Notes under the pieces: model-generated
Database searches by the model: none
Told to the model about the DNA's origin: nothing
What the model saw: the letters and a program-made list of their open reading frames with translations, nothing else
NCBI GenBank assembly: GCA_964016885.1
Contig: OZ024750.1
Span: 44,764,001 to 44,828,000 of the forward strand
Direction of reading: 5' to 3'
Source of the DNA: Eledone cirrhosa
Lineage: Eukaryota
DNA length: 64,000 nt
Shown: positions 1-13,840 of the stretch, in pieces
Layout of the letters: each line of letters starts with the position of its first letter
Position numbering within the stretch: position 1 is the stretch's first letter
Translations under genes and position numbers: made by a program

Positions 1-125
1 TAGATTTGATATTATGTGAGATAATTATGTGAAGTAAAGCATTTAGCACAAAATTATAATAGCATATGTAAAGTAATGCAAATGTTAAAGGGTCAAACAA
101 CCAAAATATAATCATGATATTGGTA

Positions 126-880
126 ATAATTGTTTCTACGTTTGTCACAAGGCCAGCAATTATCTCAGTACATTACAGGTACTTTATTTTATCGACCCCG
201 TAAGGTAGGTACAAGGCCAGGAATTTTGAGGGAAAATAGAAAATTGAGCCCAGTAGTTATTTTATCGACTCCGGAATGATGAAAAGTAAAGTTGACCTCC
301 GTGGGATTGTACGTCATAACGCAGAAAGTCGTAACTAGATAACGCTAAGCATTTTGTCCGACGCTCTACCGATACTGCCAATCAACCGCCCTGACAAATC
401 AAGAACAATGAAAATTGTTTCTATATTTGGCACTAGGGTAGCAACCTGAAGGGAAGGCGAAGTCGATTAAGTCGTTACCAGTGTATTACTGGTACCTTAT
501 TTTATCCCTTCAGGATTTACATTACTCTATATATACACTTGTATTTTCATGGTAAATGATTTACTTCACATAATATCGAATCTATGAGATTTTGATATTA
601 TTTATTTTGAGAACAATACCTTAAAATCAGTAGAAGCGGCCGGTTACAACTGGTTTGAACAGGAAGAGGTGAGAGAATTCTTACCGGATATGGCCGGTTT
701 AAATACTAAAGTGTTATCGAATCCGTAAGGATACATCCAAGCTAACCTCGAGGGGGTTTGAATTCAGAAAGTAAAAGGCCGTAACTCTATGCCGAAAAGG
801 ATGTAGTCCGACACTTTAGCCATACCACCAATCCCCTGTCGTAATAATGGTCTCTGATTTAGGTACACGGCTAACAATTT
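126..880 (-). mobile_element. Cluster of tRNA-derived SINE family 1 copies/fragments
   Basis: Matches the window consensus GGGCGGTGAATTGGCAGTATCGGTAGAG..GAGTTCAAATCCCGCC..GCCTTTCATCCTTACGGGGTCGATAAAATAAAGTACCAG..GGCCTTGTGCCTAAAGTAGAAACAATTA. Confidence 0.85.
506..713. mobile_element. piggyBac-like MITE interrupting a SINE
   Basis: The SINE is split at 'ttat|...|ttatcga'. Degenerate TIRs cccttcaggatt / aatactaaagtg, with a 4-bp TTAT duplication. A related fragment lies at 1-96, ending aatgttaaagggtcaa. Confidence 0.55.
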
Positions 881-1563
881 CTTTAAATTTAGGTTGTATC
901 TAAATAAATCATTTTAATAGAAATTTTCGGTTATAATACATAGATTTGTTTTTTTTCTAAATAATTATACAGTTTTAATATCATCTACTTTAAATAACAT
1001 TGTTGAATTGATAATTTTTAACATAGATGATTATCTCCCTTCTTCTAAAATAGATAATTTATCAGGTAATATTAATACTTAACTATATATATTTAAATAT
1101 AAAATAAAATATAAAAAGTACCATATTAACTAATAAATACTTTTCTATTCAATAATTTCAACATCTAATACATAATAAAGGATAGCTTCCCTACAAATTC
1201 TATAATCCAAACTCTTTCCCCTTTATTATCATATCTCCATAATAATAGTCCTGTCTTAACAGAATATTTTTTTCTTGATACAATATATACTTTTGATTTA
1301 ATACCTATCTCTAGTGATTATAAGTGAAATTAGGACTGAATAACGGTCAATTTTTGTTTTGTATTTTCTGACCAATCTAATTACGCTATATCTTAAATAA
1401 TTTATGAAACGTTTAAACCAACTGTAATGCTTACCATCCCACCCCAGCCATCACGTAACCCCCCTACGTGCTCATGTTTTTCTAATTATATGTGTGGTGA
1501 TCATCGTTCTGTCCAGTTCGTTTGTCTACCAGCATATCAGGAAAACATTATACATTTTCTATG

Positions 1564-1641
1564 TATGTTATCTGAGGAGAACATGTTTTGCTTTATGTTA
1601 TACATAAAGCTTTGCATCGGCGAAATATATATAATGAAATA
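1564..1641 (+). ncRNA. Type I hammerhead ribozyme motif with long stem II
   Basis: tatgttat-CTGAGGA-[gaacatg..gctttatgt tat acataaagc..catcggc]-GAAA-tatata-TA-atgaaata, followed ~45 bp later by (TA)n. Confidence 0.6.
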
Positions 1642-1681
1642 AATAGAGATGATATAAAGTGTATATCTTTCGTTTATTACA

Positions 1682-1722
<41 letters not shown>

Positions 1723-1732
1723 TATACATACT

Positions 1733-1773
<41 letters not shown>

Positions 1774-1774
<1 letters not shown>

Positions 1775-2610
1775 AATATAAATTAGCGAGAATCGTTTTC
1801 AGCTCAGGAATTAACGAAAATCAACGTCCGATATGTGTGGCAAGCGCTCGATGAATCATATGAATCAGAGCTACAACATACGTTAAGGGCCAAACACACT
1901 GAGATGATGGTTAAACATATCATCCGCACAGCCAAAACAAAACGACCAAGTAATTCGGGTCAAACAATAAAAATATATGTGTTGATACTTTCCCGGACCC
2001 TGGACTGATGGTAAAATCCAGTATTGGTTTCTGCGACTCCAAAATCAGGTATTGTCCGCCTACATAAAGAATGTTGGGCTTCTGGTGAGATGATGAACAA
2101 GGAAGTCGTGTTATCAACGGGTTTTGCTCCAAGATGCTATAGATAGTGTGGCTATTACTGACCCCTCGTGGGATTCAGCTAGGGAGGTAACACCTCTATT
2201 AAGCGAATGATTCAGTTGTGTATTATTGCGAGAATGCAAAATATCACAAATCGAATAAAGCTCTCGACAGAATAGTTAAATATAACAGAGCTATTCAACA
2301 GTCAATATAAGTAACTGAAAAAATCAATAAAATTAACTGCTCAATAGCTAGACTCTGGAGATTAATACAAATATAAATTAGCGAGAATCGTTTTCAGCTC
2401 AGGAATTAACGAAAATCAACGTCCGATATGTGTGGCAAGCGCTCGATGAATCATATGAATCAGAGCTACAACATACGTTAAGGGCCAAACACACTGAGAT
2501 GATGGTTAAACATATCAGCCGCACAGCCAAAACAAAACGACCAAGTAATTCGGGTCAAACAATAAAAATATGTGTTGATACTTTCCCGGACCCTGGACTG
2601 ATGGTAAAAT
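1774..2610. repeat. ~1.4-unit tandem element (595-bp period; ~243-bp terminal direct repeats) next to (TA)n
   Basis: 1774-2017 is nearly identical to 2369-2610. Confidence 0.85.
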
Positions 2611-2808
2611 GTATAGGTTATATTTAATTTGTTGGGATACAACAAGCAAAATATTTTTCTGGGTATGTCAATATTTATTTATAAAACTAACTTATATTAT
2701 ATTTTATCTAATGAAAGCGCACCATAGTTTGCCTTGGTGGCCCTTGAAATATGTATAATGAAATAAATATGGTTTTATAAATATAGTTTCCATTTGTTAA
2801 TATATTGT
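2611..2808 (+). mobile_element. Degenerate copy of hammerhead family B
   Basis: attttatCTAATGAaagcgcacca..tggtggcccttGAAAtatgtaTAatgaaataaatatggttttataaatatagtttcc matches 15557-15650 and 55729-55820. The core carries a CTGA>CTAA mutation. Confidence 0.7.
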
Positions 2809-3467
2809 ATATATATACATACGTATGTTAACTTAATATAAGTTATGCTTTCTAACAAAGCGTGTGCGTGGAGTTATAGTTAGTAACACTTGGCATAACA
2901 GTGCAAGACACTCACCTACCTGACCAAATATTCCAGAAACAAGTAGCGAAAAATTTGTCACCCATCGTAATTGTCACGGATTCACAGATATGGTTTCTTT
3001 CCTAATTATCTTTTTCCTAATATGACTTGCATATTTTCTTTACTTCTTCTCTCCCTTTCTTGTCTTTTTTAGTATTTCTTTTATATATACATTTATCTAC
3101 TTCTTTAATATATTTAAACGTCCGTGTAGAGCTTGTAAGTGATGATACACTAGCAAAGCTATCTAATACTAGTTATAATTAACAAACTGAAACTTGAACG
3201 GGACAGAGGAAGACAAAAAAAGGAAACGAAACAAAAATAATAATACAAAGACAGAGCAAGTGGTGGTAAATATTTCTCTTGTTGAGTTTCCATATTTCGT
3301 TAAATATATCTTTTCCTCAATGCTTGTTATTATTTACTGCTTTTATTTATTTTCATGTTTAATTTTGCGTCGGTCTTTCTTAATTTTGTTGGACCTCCTT
3401 TCTGTTCTGCTTGGCAGTCATAAATATTTTGTTTTTAATAACATTTTACAGATTATCTCTTTCCTTT

Positions 3468-3585
<118 letters not shown>

Positions 3586-3639
3586 AATTCAGCGAGAATC
3601 GTATTTCGGCTGGTAGAAAAAGCGATATACATATACATA

Positions 3640-3702
<63 letters not shown>

Positions 3703-3714
3703 ATATGTGTGCGT

Positions 3715-3770
<56 letters not shown>

Positions 3771-3859
3771 CTGTGTACGTATGTATACATTCAAAACAGA
3801 AAGCAACATATTACAACAATTGTATGTGAGAGTAAAACACATAAGAACATTGGAACGTG

Positions 3860-3895
3860 ACTTAACGTTTCAGAAACTAGTCCTTCATCGGAATA
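3860..3895 (-). ncRNA. Degenerate hammerhead, family C
   Basis: Reverse complement reads CCGATGA aggactagtttct GAAAcgTTaag, homologous to 57168-57203. Confidence 0.5.
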
Positions 3896-4149
3896 TAGAT
3901 ACAAAGGAAACAGATGACGTTTTATCGAGATAATAAATAGGATAGAGTAGAGATAAACAGGAAGACGAGAAATCACGTGTAATTATTAGTCAATCATCTC
4001 TGCATATATTAAATATATTCCAAGGTACCTTTATGTATTTACATATCACTCCAGATGCTGCAGACGGTAAATTTCTGAGAGACAGAGTTCGTAGAGACTC
4101 TTAATGGCTGAGAAATTAGTGGTGGAAGTAGTGAAGATGGCTGTTATTC

Positions 4150-4897
4150 AGAGTGAGGGAGAGAGTGAGGGAGAGAGTGAGGAGTGAGGGTGTGAGTAGG
4201 GTAGGGAGGGAGGGAGTGACAATGTGAGTGAGTGAGGGAGTGAGTGAGGATGTGAGTGAGTGAGTGAGTGAGGGAGTGAGTGAGTGAGTGAGGGAGTGCG
4301 CGAGTAAGTGAGGGAGGAAGTGAGGGAGTGACGATGTGAGTGAGTGAATGAGTGAGGGAGGAAGTCAGGGAGTGAGTGAGGGAGTGAGGGAGTGAGTGAG
4401 GATGTGAGTGAGTGAGTGAGTGAGGGAGTGATGAGGATGTGAGTGAGTGAGGGAGGGAAAAAGGGAGGGAGTGAGGGGGTGATGGAGAGAGGAAATGAGG
4501 GAGTGAGTGAGGGAGTGAGGGAGGGAGGAAGTGAGGGAGTGAGTGAGGATGTGAGTGAGTGAGTGAGTGAGGGAGTGAGTGAGGATGTGAGTGAGGGAGT
4601 GGGGGAGAGAGGAAGTGAGGGAGTGAGTGAGGGAGTAAGGAGAGGGAGGGAGTGAGTGAGTATGTGAGCGAGTGAGTGAGCGAGTGAGTGAGGGAGGAAG
4701 TGAGGGAGTGAGGGAGGGAGGAAGTGAGGGAGTGAGGGAGGGAGGAAGTGAGGGAGGAAGTGAGGGAGTGAGTGAGGATGTGAGTGAGTGAGTGAGTGAG
4801 GGAGTGAGTGAGGATGTGAGTGACAGAGTGAGGGAGGGAGTGAGGGAGTGAGGGAGAGAGGAAGTGAGAGAGTGAGTGAGGGAGTAAGTGAGGGAGG
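4150..4897. repeat. (GAGT/GAGG)n complex tetranucleotide satellite
   Basis: Direct inspection; explains the PHSLTHSL ORFs. Confidence 0.95.
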
Positions 4898-5079
4898 CAG
4901 CTAGTAAACACGGAAAAGAAGATAGATAAAGATAATAAACAAGCAGATTAACCACGGGTTCTATTTGCCCACGAAAACTCAATATATGTTTGCTAAATCT
5001 ACCTTAACCTCACTCTTGTTCTTCTTTCTATGTTTCTCTCTCTCTCTCACTCTCTCTCTCTCTCCCTTTCACTCTCTGT

Positions 5080-5126
<47 letters not shown>

Positions 5127-5168
5127 TATATGTGTATATATTATACACACACATGCACACACACACAC

Positions 5169-5242
<74 letters not shown>

Positions 5243-5247
5243 GTATA

Positions 5248-5281
<34 letters not shown>

Positions 5282-5427
5282 GTAATAAAATTAAATGCGA
5301 AGACTAAAGAGGGGCTCGATAGTGATAAATTTATATCAAATATGTAAGAACACTAAAGCAAATATTTATTAATATAACATTAAAGTTTAAGCAAAGAATC
5401 GCTGCTTTCACCCTTATATATATATAT

Positions 5428-5955
5428 AATTATTTCTACTTTAGGCACAAGGCCAGCAATTACCCAGTACATTACTGGTACTTTATTTTATCGACCCCCA
5501 TAAGGATGAAAGGCAAAGTTAACCTCGACGGGATTTGAACTCAGACCGTAAAGGGACGTAACTATGGTGCAAAGCATGGAGTCCAACCCTCTATCGATAC
5601 TGCCAATTCACCGCCCTGTGTGAGTATGTGTGTTATTCATTTGTATTATATATGCGGAGGTTGACTTTGTCTTTCATCCTTACGGGGGTCGATAAAATAA
5701 AGTACCAGTAATGCACTGGTTTATTGCTGGCCTTGTGCCTAAAGTAGAAACAATTATATATATATATAATTGTTTCTACTTTAGGCACAAGGCCAGCAAT
5801 TATCTTTGCATTACTGGTACTTTATTTTATCGACCCCGTAAGGATGAAAGGCAAAGTTAACCTCGGCGGGATTTGAACTCAGATCATAAAGGGACGTAAC
5901 TATGCTAGAATGCATGGCGTCCAACCATCTACCGATACTGCCAATTCACTGCCCT
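5428..5955. mobile_element. SINE family 1 x3: 5428-5617(-), 5656-5756(+, partial), 5767-5955(-)
   Basis: Consensus match with A/B boxes and tail. Confidence 0.9.
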
Positions 5956-7849
5956 ATATATATATATAATACAAATGAATAACACACACACTCACACATA
6001 CAAACTACATCCAACGCACACACACACACACACATATATATACATATATGCACACACAATTCACTGTATTGAATCATTGATTATAATCACAAGGCTTTAG
6101 TCTCAGCAAAATACAAACGGAACGAGAAATTTAAAACTATTTTCTTTCTCGAAGGTAAGAACAAAACTTGAAAAGAATGAAACATCGTTCTTTTGATTTC
6201 TTTCTTATTTTTGCGTGTATTTCCTCAAGTCTTTTACCTAATATCATCATTTTACATCATTCTGCTTTTAGCAAAATGTGCGCCGTTTAAATCTAATTTC
6301 GTTCATTGAAGTTAGGGCCACTTCTTGACATTCAAGTTAATTGTTTTGTAATGTTGCGTGAACACTCACAATGGTGATGAGTTTTGTGTGTGTGTGTGTT
6401 TGTGTGTGTGCGTGAGAGTGTATGTGGGTGAGTTTGTGTGTATGTGTGTGTGTGAGTGTGTGTGTGTATGTGTGTGTTTGTGTGTATGCGTGAGTGTGTG
6501 TGAGTGTGTTTGTGTATGTGTAAGTGTGTATGTGTATATGTGTGTGTTTTCTCTCTCATTTTTTTTTCATTTTCAGTTTACTACTTTCATTTTCTTACAG
6601 CGAATTTATTATCGTTATTATTATTATTATTATTATTACTATTATCATTATTATTATTGTTATTATTTTATTATTATTATTTTTGTTATTATTATTATTA
6701 TTATTATAATTGTTAGTATTATTATTGTTATGGTTGTCTTTTTTTTTTTGGCTGTTTTACTGTTGTAGGTGGGAACAACATCCTGGAAATTAATTCCACG
6801 AAAGAATTTACATTTATTCATTCTTCAATGTGTTGAATGTATTACATCAATCTTACTTATAGGTGTCTTCTTGATTAACTTGATGATGAAAAAAGAAGGA
6901 ATTTTAGGAATCTCCGACTAATGTTAACTTAGTAGTCTTTTATTCAGAAAAAAAGTTTTTTTTTTTTGGATTTAACTTACATTTCTAGTCGAATCCTGCC
7001 GTTTTTTTATGTCTTTTTTGTTCCTTTTACTTCACTTAGAAATAGTGAAAATAGAATAGTTTTGCTGTACACTGTTTTAGAAGGCCTGTTCCAATGTGCT
7101 ACGGTATCTATTGAAGCTACAATTCGTGAAAAAGCCATTTGTCTTCTTGTTGAGATCTATTAAAAGCGTAAAACTAAATTTAATCGATTATCCACCCTAC
7201 CACTATAGACGGCTTATGCTTCAAAGAAAATGTGAAGGCAGAATCGTTAGTGGTTTGGATAAAAACTTCTTGGTCTATGTATTTATGTTCAGCGTTCAAA
7301 TCTTCCATGTTTGATTTTAGCATTGGTAACGCATGAACCAGGCAAGAGCAAAGCTTCATTTAATTACTTTGACGCTACACTCCGCCAGTTGCAGACTACG
7401 CATCAACATGATATATTTTTCTCCAGAAAGTTCTATGACTAACAGCAGAGTTTAAAGAGCAAACATTAACATGAAAAAGTCACCTTAAAGATTCGTTGTA
7501 CAGAGGAGGCCACCTCCAGACCCTCGAAGAGTGAACAGGAGGGTACACCACCAGCGCCAGGCGGATGTGACAGCTATGACTAGGGGATCACACCAGCAAC
7601 CTCGGACTGGTTTGATTTATACGAATAGAAGAAACACCCAGTCAAAGAAAAAGCCCTCAATTACCGGAATACCAACTCTCTTGATACGCTATATCAATTA
7701 GTGAATATTTTATAAATTAATACTATTATAAATTGTTCAAACGAATGGCTGTCTATGTCAAAACTCAGATGGAAAATTATCATATCGAAAATGATGTTGC
7801 CTGGCATAGTTTTACTCAAAGAAGGATTTGGCGTTATTTTAAGCTCTCC

Positions 7850-8370
7850 CGGTGGATTCGCAGTATCGACAGCGTGAGGCATAATGATTTGAAGCATAGA
7901 TTATGGTCCTTTACGTTCTGAGTTCAAATCCCACCGGGTTAGCTTTGCCTTTCATCCTTACGAGATCGACAACATAGAGCCCCAGTAATGCACTGGGGTG
8001 TATTTAATTGACTTTCCACTCTCCTCCACAACACTTCTTGCCTTGTGCCTATGTAAGAAATCGTTATTTCAAGCTCTTTACTTTAAAATAGACGTTTCAA
8101 ACTGATTACGTCATTGTTTGTTTAGGAAGATGAGCCAATCATAAAAAGCAGGTGGAGATGTTTAGCACAAAAGTTGTAGCAGTATTCTTAATAATTGTTT
8201 CTACTTTTGACACAAGGCCAGCAATTACCCAGTACGTTACTGGTACTTTATTTTATCGACTACGTAAAGATGAAAGGCAAAGTTAACCTCGGCGATTTAA
8301 ACTCATGACGAAAAGGGCCATAACTCTATGCTGCAAATCATGGTGTCTGACGATCTACCAATACTGCCAA
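7850..8370. mobile_element. SINE family 1: 7850-8070(+), 8189-8370(-)
   Basis: Consensus match. Confidence 0.85.
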
Positions 8371-8409
8371 AAGCAAATACGACTACAGTTATTTTGTTCT
8401 TCTTTTTTT

Positions 8410-8680
8410 CGTGGGGACAGAACCCACAAACACACCTACCAGCGGGTTAAGTCAGAACCAACCGTCCCCAACTGATCCGGATGGAAGCCTAAGCCTGTCC
8501 AGCCAAGCTCATGGTTATTATCCAACCAGCTTGGTCGGGGTCTGCCCCTGGGTCTCCTACCTGTTGGTTTCGTCCGTAAAATCTGTCCAGTGATTCTTTC
8601 CTGAGACATTCTAACCACATGCCTATAATATCAGAGCTGTGATATCTGAATTCGGAAAAGTACCGCCTTTACCTCGAAAA
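8410..8680 (-). pseudogene. RTE-clade LINE 3' fragment
   Basis: Translates as ..ISQL*YYRHVVRMSQERITGQILRTKPTGRRPRGRPRPSWLD, matching the RTE C-terminal QLRWxGHVxRM..GxRPRGRP..W motif. Confidence 0.8.
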
Positions 8681-9162
8681 TAAATTCATAATAGGATGTA
8701 TATAATGTTTTACAGAAAAAATGAATGCCATTTTTATAGCAACTATGTCAACAATTGTGTAAACAACTGAAACTAAATTGGCTGGAATAAGACAAAATAT
8801 TACATTTTTAATACATTTAAATTCTAATTTTAGTAGACATTGTTAAATTAACACAGGCAGAGCTCATAGCTGAAGAATACAAAAGAAAACACAAGTGCTG
8901 AAAATGTAAATGTAAATGAAGGAAAACAATAATAACAAAGCGTATGAGAAAGAAAGAAGAACAAACAACATTTTCCAAATTTGCGACCTTTGTGGGTCAT
9001 AATAACAGGAATCTGTTTAAAGGAAAGACTTTGTATATGGAGAAAATGGACAAAGTATGGGTGTTGTCTGGTTTAAATGATATGTCGCCAGGGTGTCACT
9101 ACGACTCTATTGATATCTATGGGGACAGTAAGAAAAAGGTGTGACATACCTCTATTTTACAA

Positions 9163-9970
9163 ATAATTGTTTCTACTTTTGGTACAAGGCCAGCAATTAA
9201 CCAGTGCATTACTGGTACTTTATTTTATCGCTGCCGTCAGGATGAAAGGCAAAGTTAACATCGGCGGGATTTGAACTCAGAATGTCAAGGGCCGTAACTC
9301 TATGCGCCAAAGCATGGCGTCCGACCCTCTACCTATACTGCCAATGAAGATGACAACTAAGGAGAATGTGTGTTGTGGGAGTTGTCGGAATTACAGTGTT
9401 GGGTATACATGGTGCATTATCCTCATCATCTTCATCCACATTATTATTATTATTATTATGCTTTCCAGCATAGTTACGTCCCTTTACGATCTGAGTTCAA
9501 ATCCCGCCGAGGTTGACCTTGCCTTTCATCCTTATGGACTCGATAAAATAAAGTACCAGTAATGCACTGGGTAATTGCTGGCCTTGTGCCTAAAGTAGAA
9601 ACAATTATTATTATTATTAGGGTGATGGATTGGCAGTATCGGTAGATAGTCGGACACCATACTTTGCAGCATAGAGTTACTGTCCTTTACGGTCTGAGTT
9701 CAAATCGTCGAGGTTAACTTGGCCTTTCATCCTTGCGGGGTCGATAAAATAAAGTACCAGTAATGTACTGGGGTCGATTTAATCTACTTTCCTTTCGACC
9801 CAAATTACTGGCTTTGTGCCTCTACTAGAAACCACGGCCCTTTACGGTTTGAGTTCAAATCCCGTCGAGGTTAACTTTGCTTTTCATCCTTATGGGGTCG
9901 ATAAAATAAAGTACCAGTAATGTACTGATAATTGCTGGCCTTTTGCCAAAAGTAGAAACAATTATTATCA
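9163..9970. mobile_element. SINE family 1 x4: 9163-9343(-), 9457-9620, 9620-9833, 9834-9970(+)
   Basis: Consensus match; short and long subfamilies alternate. Confidence 0.9.
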
Positions 9971-9995
9971 TTAGTAGTAGTAGTAATAATAATAA

Positions 9996-10055
<60 letters not shown>

Positions 10056-10065
10056 CAGTAGTAGT

Positions 10066-10099
<34 letters not shown>

Positions 10100-11967
10100 A
10101 GAAGAACTACAACAACATTAACAGTCATCAGCTACATAACTTAAAGGAATCAATTGCTATCGTATGCTGTCGTAATATTACAGCAAAATGGCCGACTTGC
10201 TAAGTAAGTGAAATCTAGTGCAATGTTAGTGTCCAACAAGTGTTTACAGTTTTGATTGAAGTTTTCCTTGGTTATTGTGTGAACACTGTTCAACAATATC
10301 GCATTAATTGTCCACCGTTCAATCCTTATAAGTTGTTTACAATGCCGCTAAGTAATAGCTCTGTTAATGTGTTTCATGTTTTTAAATTGCGTATTGACTT
10401 CATCTATGGGCTTCCTATTGATCAATTATCCAGCGACACTCCTATTACTTCCCATTCATACACACACACGGATAGAGAGAGAGAGGGGGTGGGAGACTGA
10501 GAGACAGGAGACTGAGAGAAAGAGAGAGAGGGTGTGGGAGACTGAGAGACAGGAGACTGAGAGAAAGAGAGAGAGAGAGAGAGAGACATTCATACACACA
10601 CACATACGGAGAGAGAGAGATAGAGAGAGAGCGGGGAGAGAGAGTGAGAGTGTGAGAGAGAGAGATATCCATTCATATATTTGTATATATTTATATTTCT
10701 TCTCCTATTCTTTACTCAACAGCCAGTCAATTGCCTCTTTATATGTTTTAAATAACATTCACAAGAGGCTTTTCATTTAGGCGGAAGAAAATGCTTAATT
10801 CCTTGCCAATTGATTTGTGTTTATACAAATGTATCGCAAAGAATTATAACTATAGTACATTTCCCATTGACTGAGAACGTTTTGTTTTTATAGAGGAAAC
10901 CCAAGCATATTACAATTGTTACTACTGTTGTATTCACGTTATTCTATGTGAAACACGAAAAAGAAAAATATGATATCAATTCAGTTTAGTTAATCGAAAA
11001 CTATTTACTTACATTATACTTTTACTTTCCACAATTCTAAGAGCTTTTATTCTTTCCTGTGGATATTTTCAATTATTCAAGAAGGAATTTTTACAAACGT
11101 AAAAATTAATATATTTTTACAAAAATCTATATAATTCTCTGCTTCATACTTTACGAATACAATTGCACATTGTTACATTAATGGTAATGAAAATATAATA
11201 AAATGAATAGTAAAATGTATCTACTGCAGAGAAACATAAAACAACTGAAATGACAAAACAAAATTTGAAATATATACGCACACAATCATACGTACAGTTA
11301 TACGTACATATATGCACACACACACATAAACATATTTATGTATGGACATACGGATGGATGACTGGATGTATGTATGTATACACACATACACACGCACACA
11401 CACTCACGCATACATATATATATATATATGCATATATAATAAGTACATATATGTGTATATATATAAATATAAATATATATATATTTGCATATATAATATG
11501 TATATATATATGTATAAATACATATACATACACACACACACACACTCACGCACATACACACACACATATATATATATATATGCATATATCATAAGTATAT
11601 GTATGTGTATATATATAAATATAAATATATATATATTTGCATATGTAATATGTATATATATGTATAAATACATATACATACACACACACACACTCATATA
11701 TATATATTTGCATATATCATAAGTATATGTATGTGTATATATATAAATATAAATATTTATATATATTTGCATATATAATATGTATATATATATGTATAAA
11801 TACATATACATACACACACACACTCATGCACACACACACACATATATATACATGCATATATCATAAGTATATGTATGTGTATATATATAAATATAAATAT
11901 ATATATATTTGCATATGTAATATGTATATATATGTATAAATACATATACACACACACATACACACAC

Positions 11968-12003
<36 letters not shown>

Positions 12004-12675
12004 ACACAGACACACACACACACACAACACACACACACACACACACACCCATATATATATACACATATATATATATATAAAATCATGTATATATATCCAT
12101 AAGTATAAAATATATATAAAACGTTCAAACATTACTATGATGATAAGATGTTTCATATGAGTTACATTTAATGTTTCTTCTGTTTGGGGAGAGATTCTAG
12201 TGCAAAGAAAATAGTCATTGTTTTCATGCTTTGATCGTCTGAAACGGCCGTAGCAGACGTTCAAGGTAGGCCAATAGAAACAATTAAACTTCTTCTGGAA
12301 TGTAACCAATAATGCTATTCATTGAGAACACGTGAAAGAACGTGGCGCGTATTCTATCATCGATATTCAATACTTGCCGATATTAAGAATCTAAAAATTT
12401 TCAAACATAAAGAGATAAAAGCAATGAAACAAAAGTTGTAAAAGAGAGAAAACAGAAAGTAGTATAGGCCAAAAATACAACAAATTCTGCCATTGCAAAA
12501 GATGAAATACTCTTTCTATTTATTATTTATGAAAGCTTTAGTGTTTAAAAGAATTCGTCTATTAAGGTTTATATGAAACAAATACGTTAACCAAAAATAC
12601 ACACACACATATATACAAATAGTCGTACTCAAGCTATACACACACACATACACGCACACACACACACACACACAT

Positions 12676-12738
<63 letters not shown>

Positions 12739-13130
12739 CGTGTGTGTATACAGACATACATACACACTCACAGACATATATATATATACACATATAAATG
12801 ATATGAAATGTAATATTCAGCTAATTGTATAAATACACAAACACAAACACACATTCACACACACTCATACACATAAAACACAAACACACACATACACATA
12901 TATGTATATATAATTTACTTTCCTTTCGTCTCTGTGTGTGTGTATGTGTGCATGTGTCTGTGCAAGTGTGTACGTGTGTATGGCTGTGTATGTATGAAAT
13001 TCAGTTTAACTGTTCGAATACAAATGTATCATTTTATAAAGATTGCTGAACGTTTTATAAAGATATTTTAATTAATCTAAGTTTTGCAAATTTAAATTTG
13101 ACTACAAAATATATAAAAACACAGCTTAAC

Positions 13131-13840
13131 TAATAATTGTTTCTACTTTTGGCACAAGGCCAGCAATTACTCCGTGCATTACTGGTACTTTATGTTATCG
13201 ACCCCTTAAGGATGAAAGGCAAAGTTAACCTCGGCGGGATTTGAACTCAGAAAGGCAAGGACCGTAACTCCATGCGTGAAAGCATGGCGTCCGACCCTAT
13301 CCCGATACTGCGAATAACTAATAATTGTTTCTACTTTAGGCACAAGGCCAGCAATTACCCAGTGCATTACTGGTACATTATTTTATCGACCCCGTAAGGA
13401 TGAAAGGCGAAGTCAACCTCAGCGGGATTTGAACTATAAAGGGACGTAACTATGCTGGAAAGCATGGCGTCTGACCCTCTACCGATACTGCCAATCCTAA
13501 TAATGGTTTCTATTTTAGTCAGAAGTCGATCAATTTGAATGAGAAGTGAAAGTCGTTTCAAACGATCCCAGTGCATTACTGGTACTTTGCTTTATCGACC
13601 CCGTAAAGATGAATGGCAAAGTTAAGCTCAGCGGGAGTTAAACTCAGATGGTAAAATGACGTAACTACAGCTCAACTAATAATTGTTTCTACTTTTGGCA
13701 CAAGGCCAGCAATTAACCTAGTGCATTACTGGTACTTTATTTTATCGACCCTGTAAGGATGAAAGGCAAAGTTAACCTCGGCGGGATTTGAACTCAGAAC
13801 GTAAAGGGACGTAACTATGCTGGAAAGCATGGCGTCCGAC
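13131..13840 (-). mobile_element. Four tandem SINE family 1 copies
   Basis: Copies at ~13131, 13319, 13497 and 13677, each starting taataat(t/g)gtttcta. Confidence 0.9.

Noticed and set aside
4144-4982. 255-aa and 205-aa PHSLTHSL ORFs
   Set aside because: Translations of a tetranucleotide satellite.
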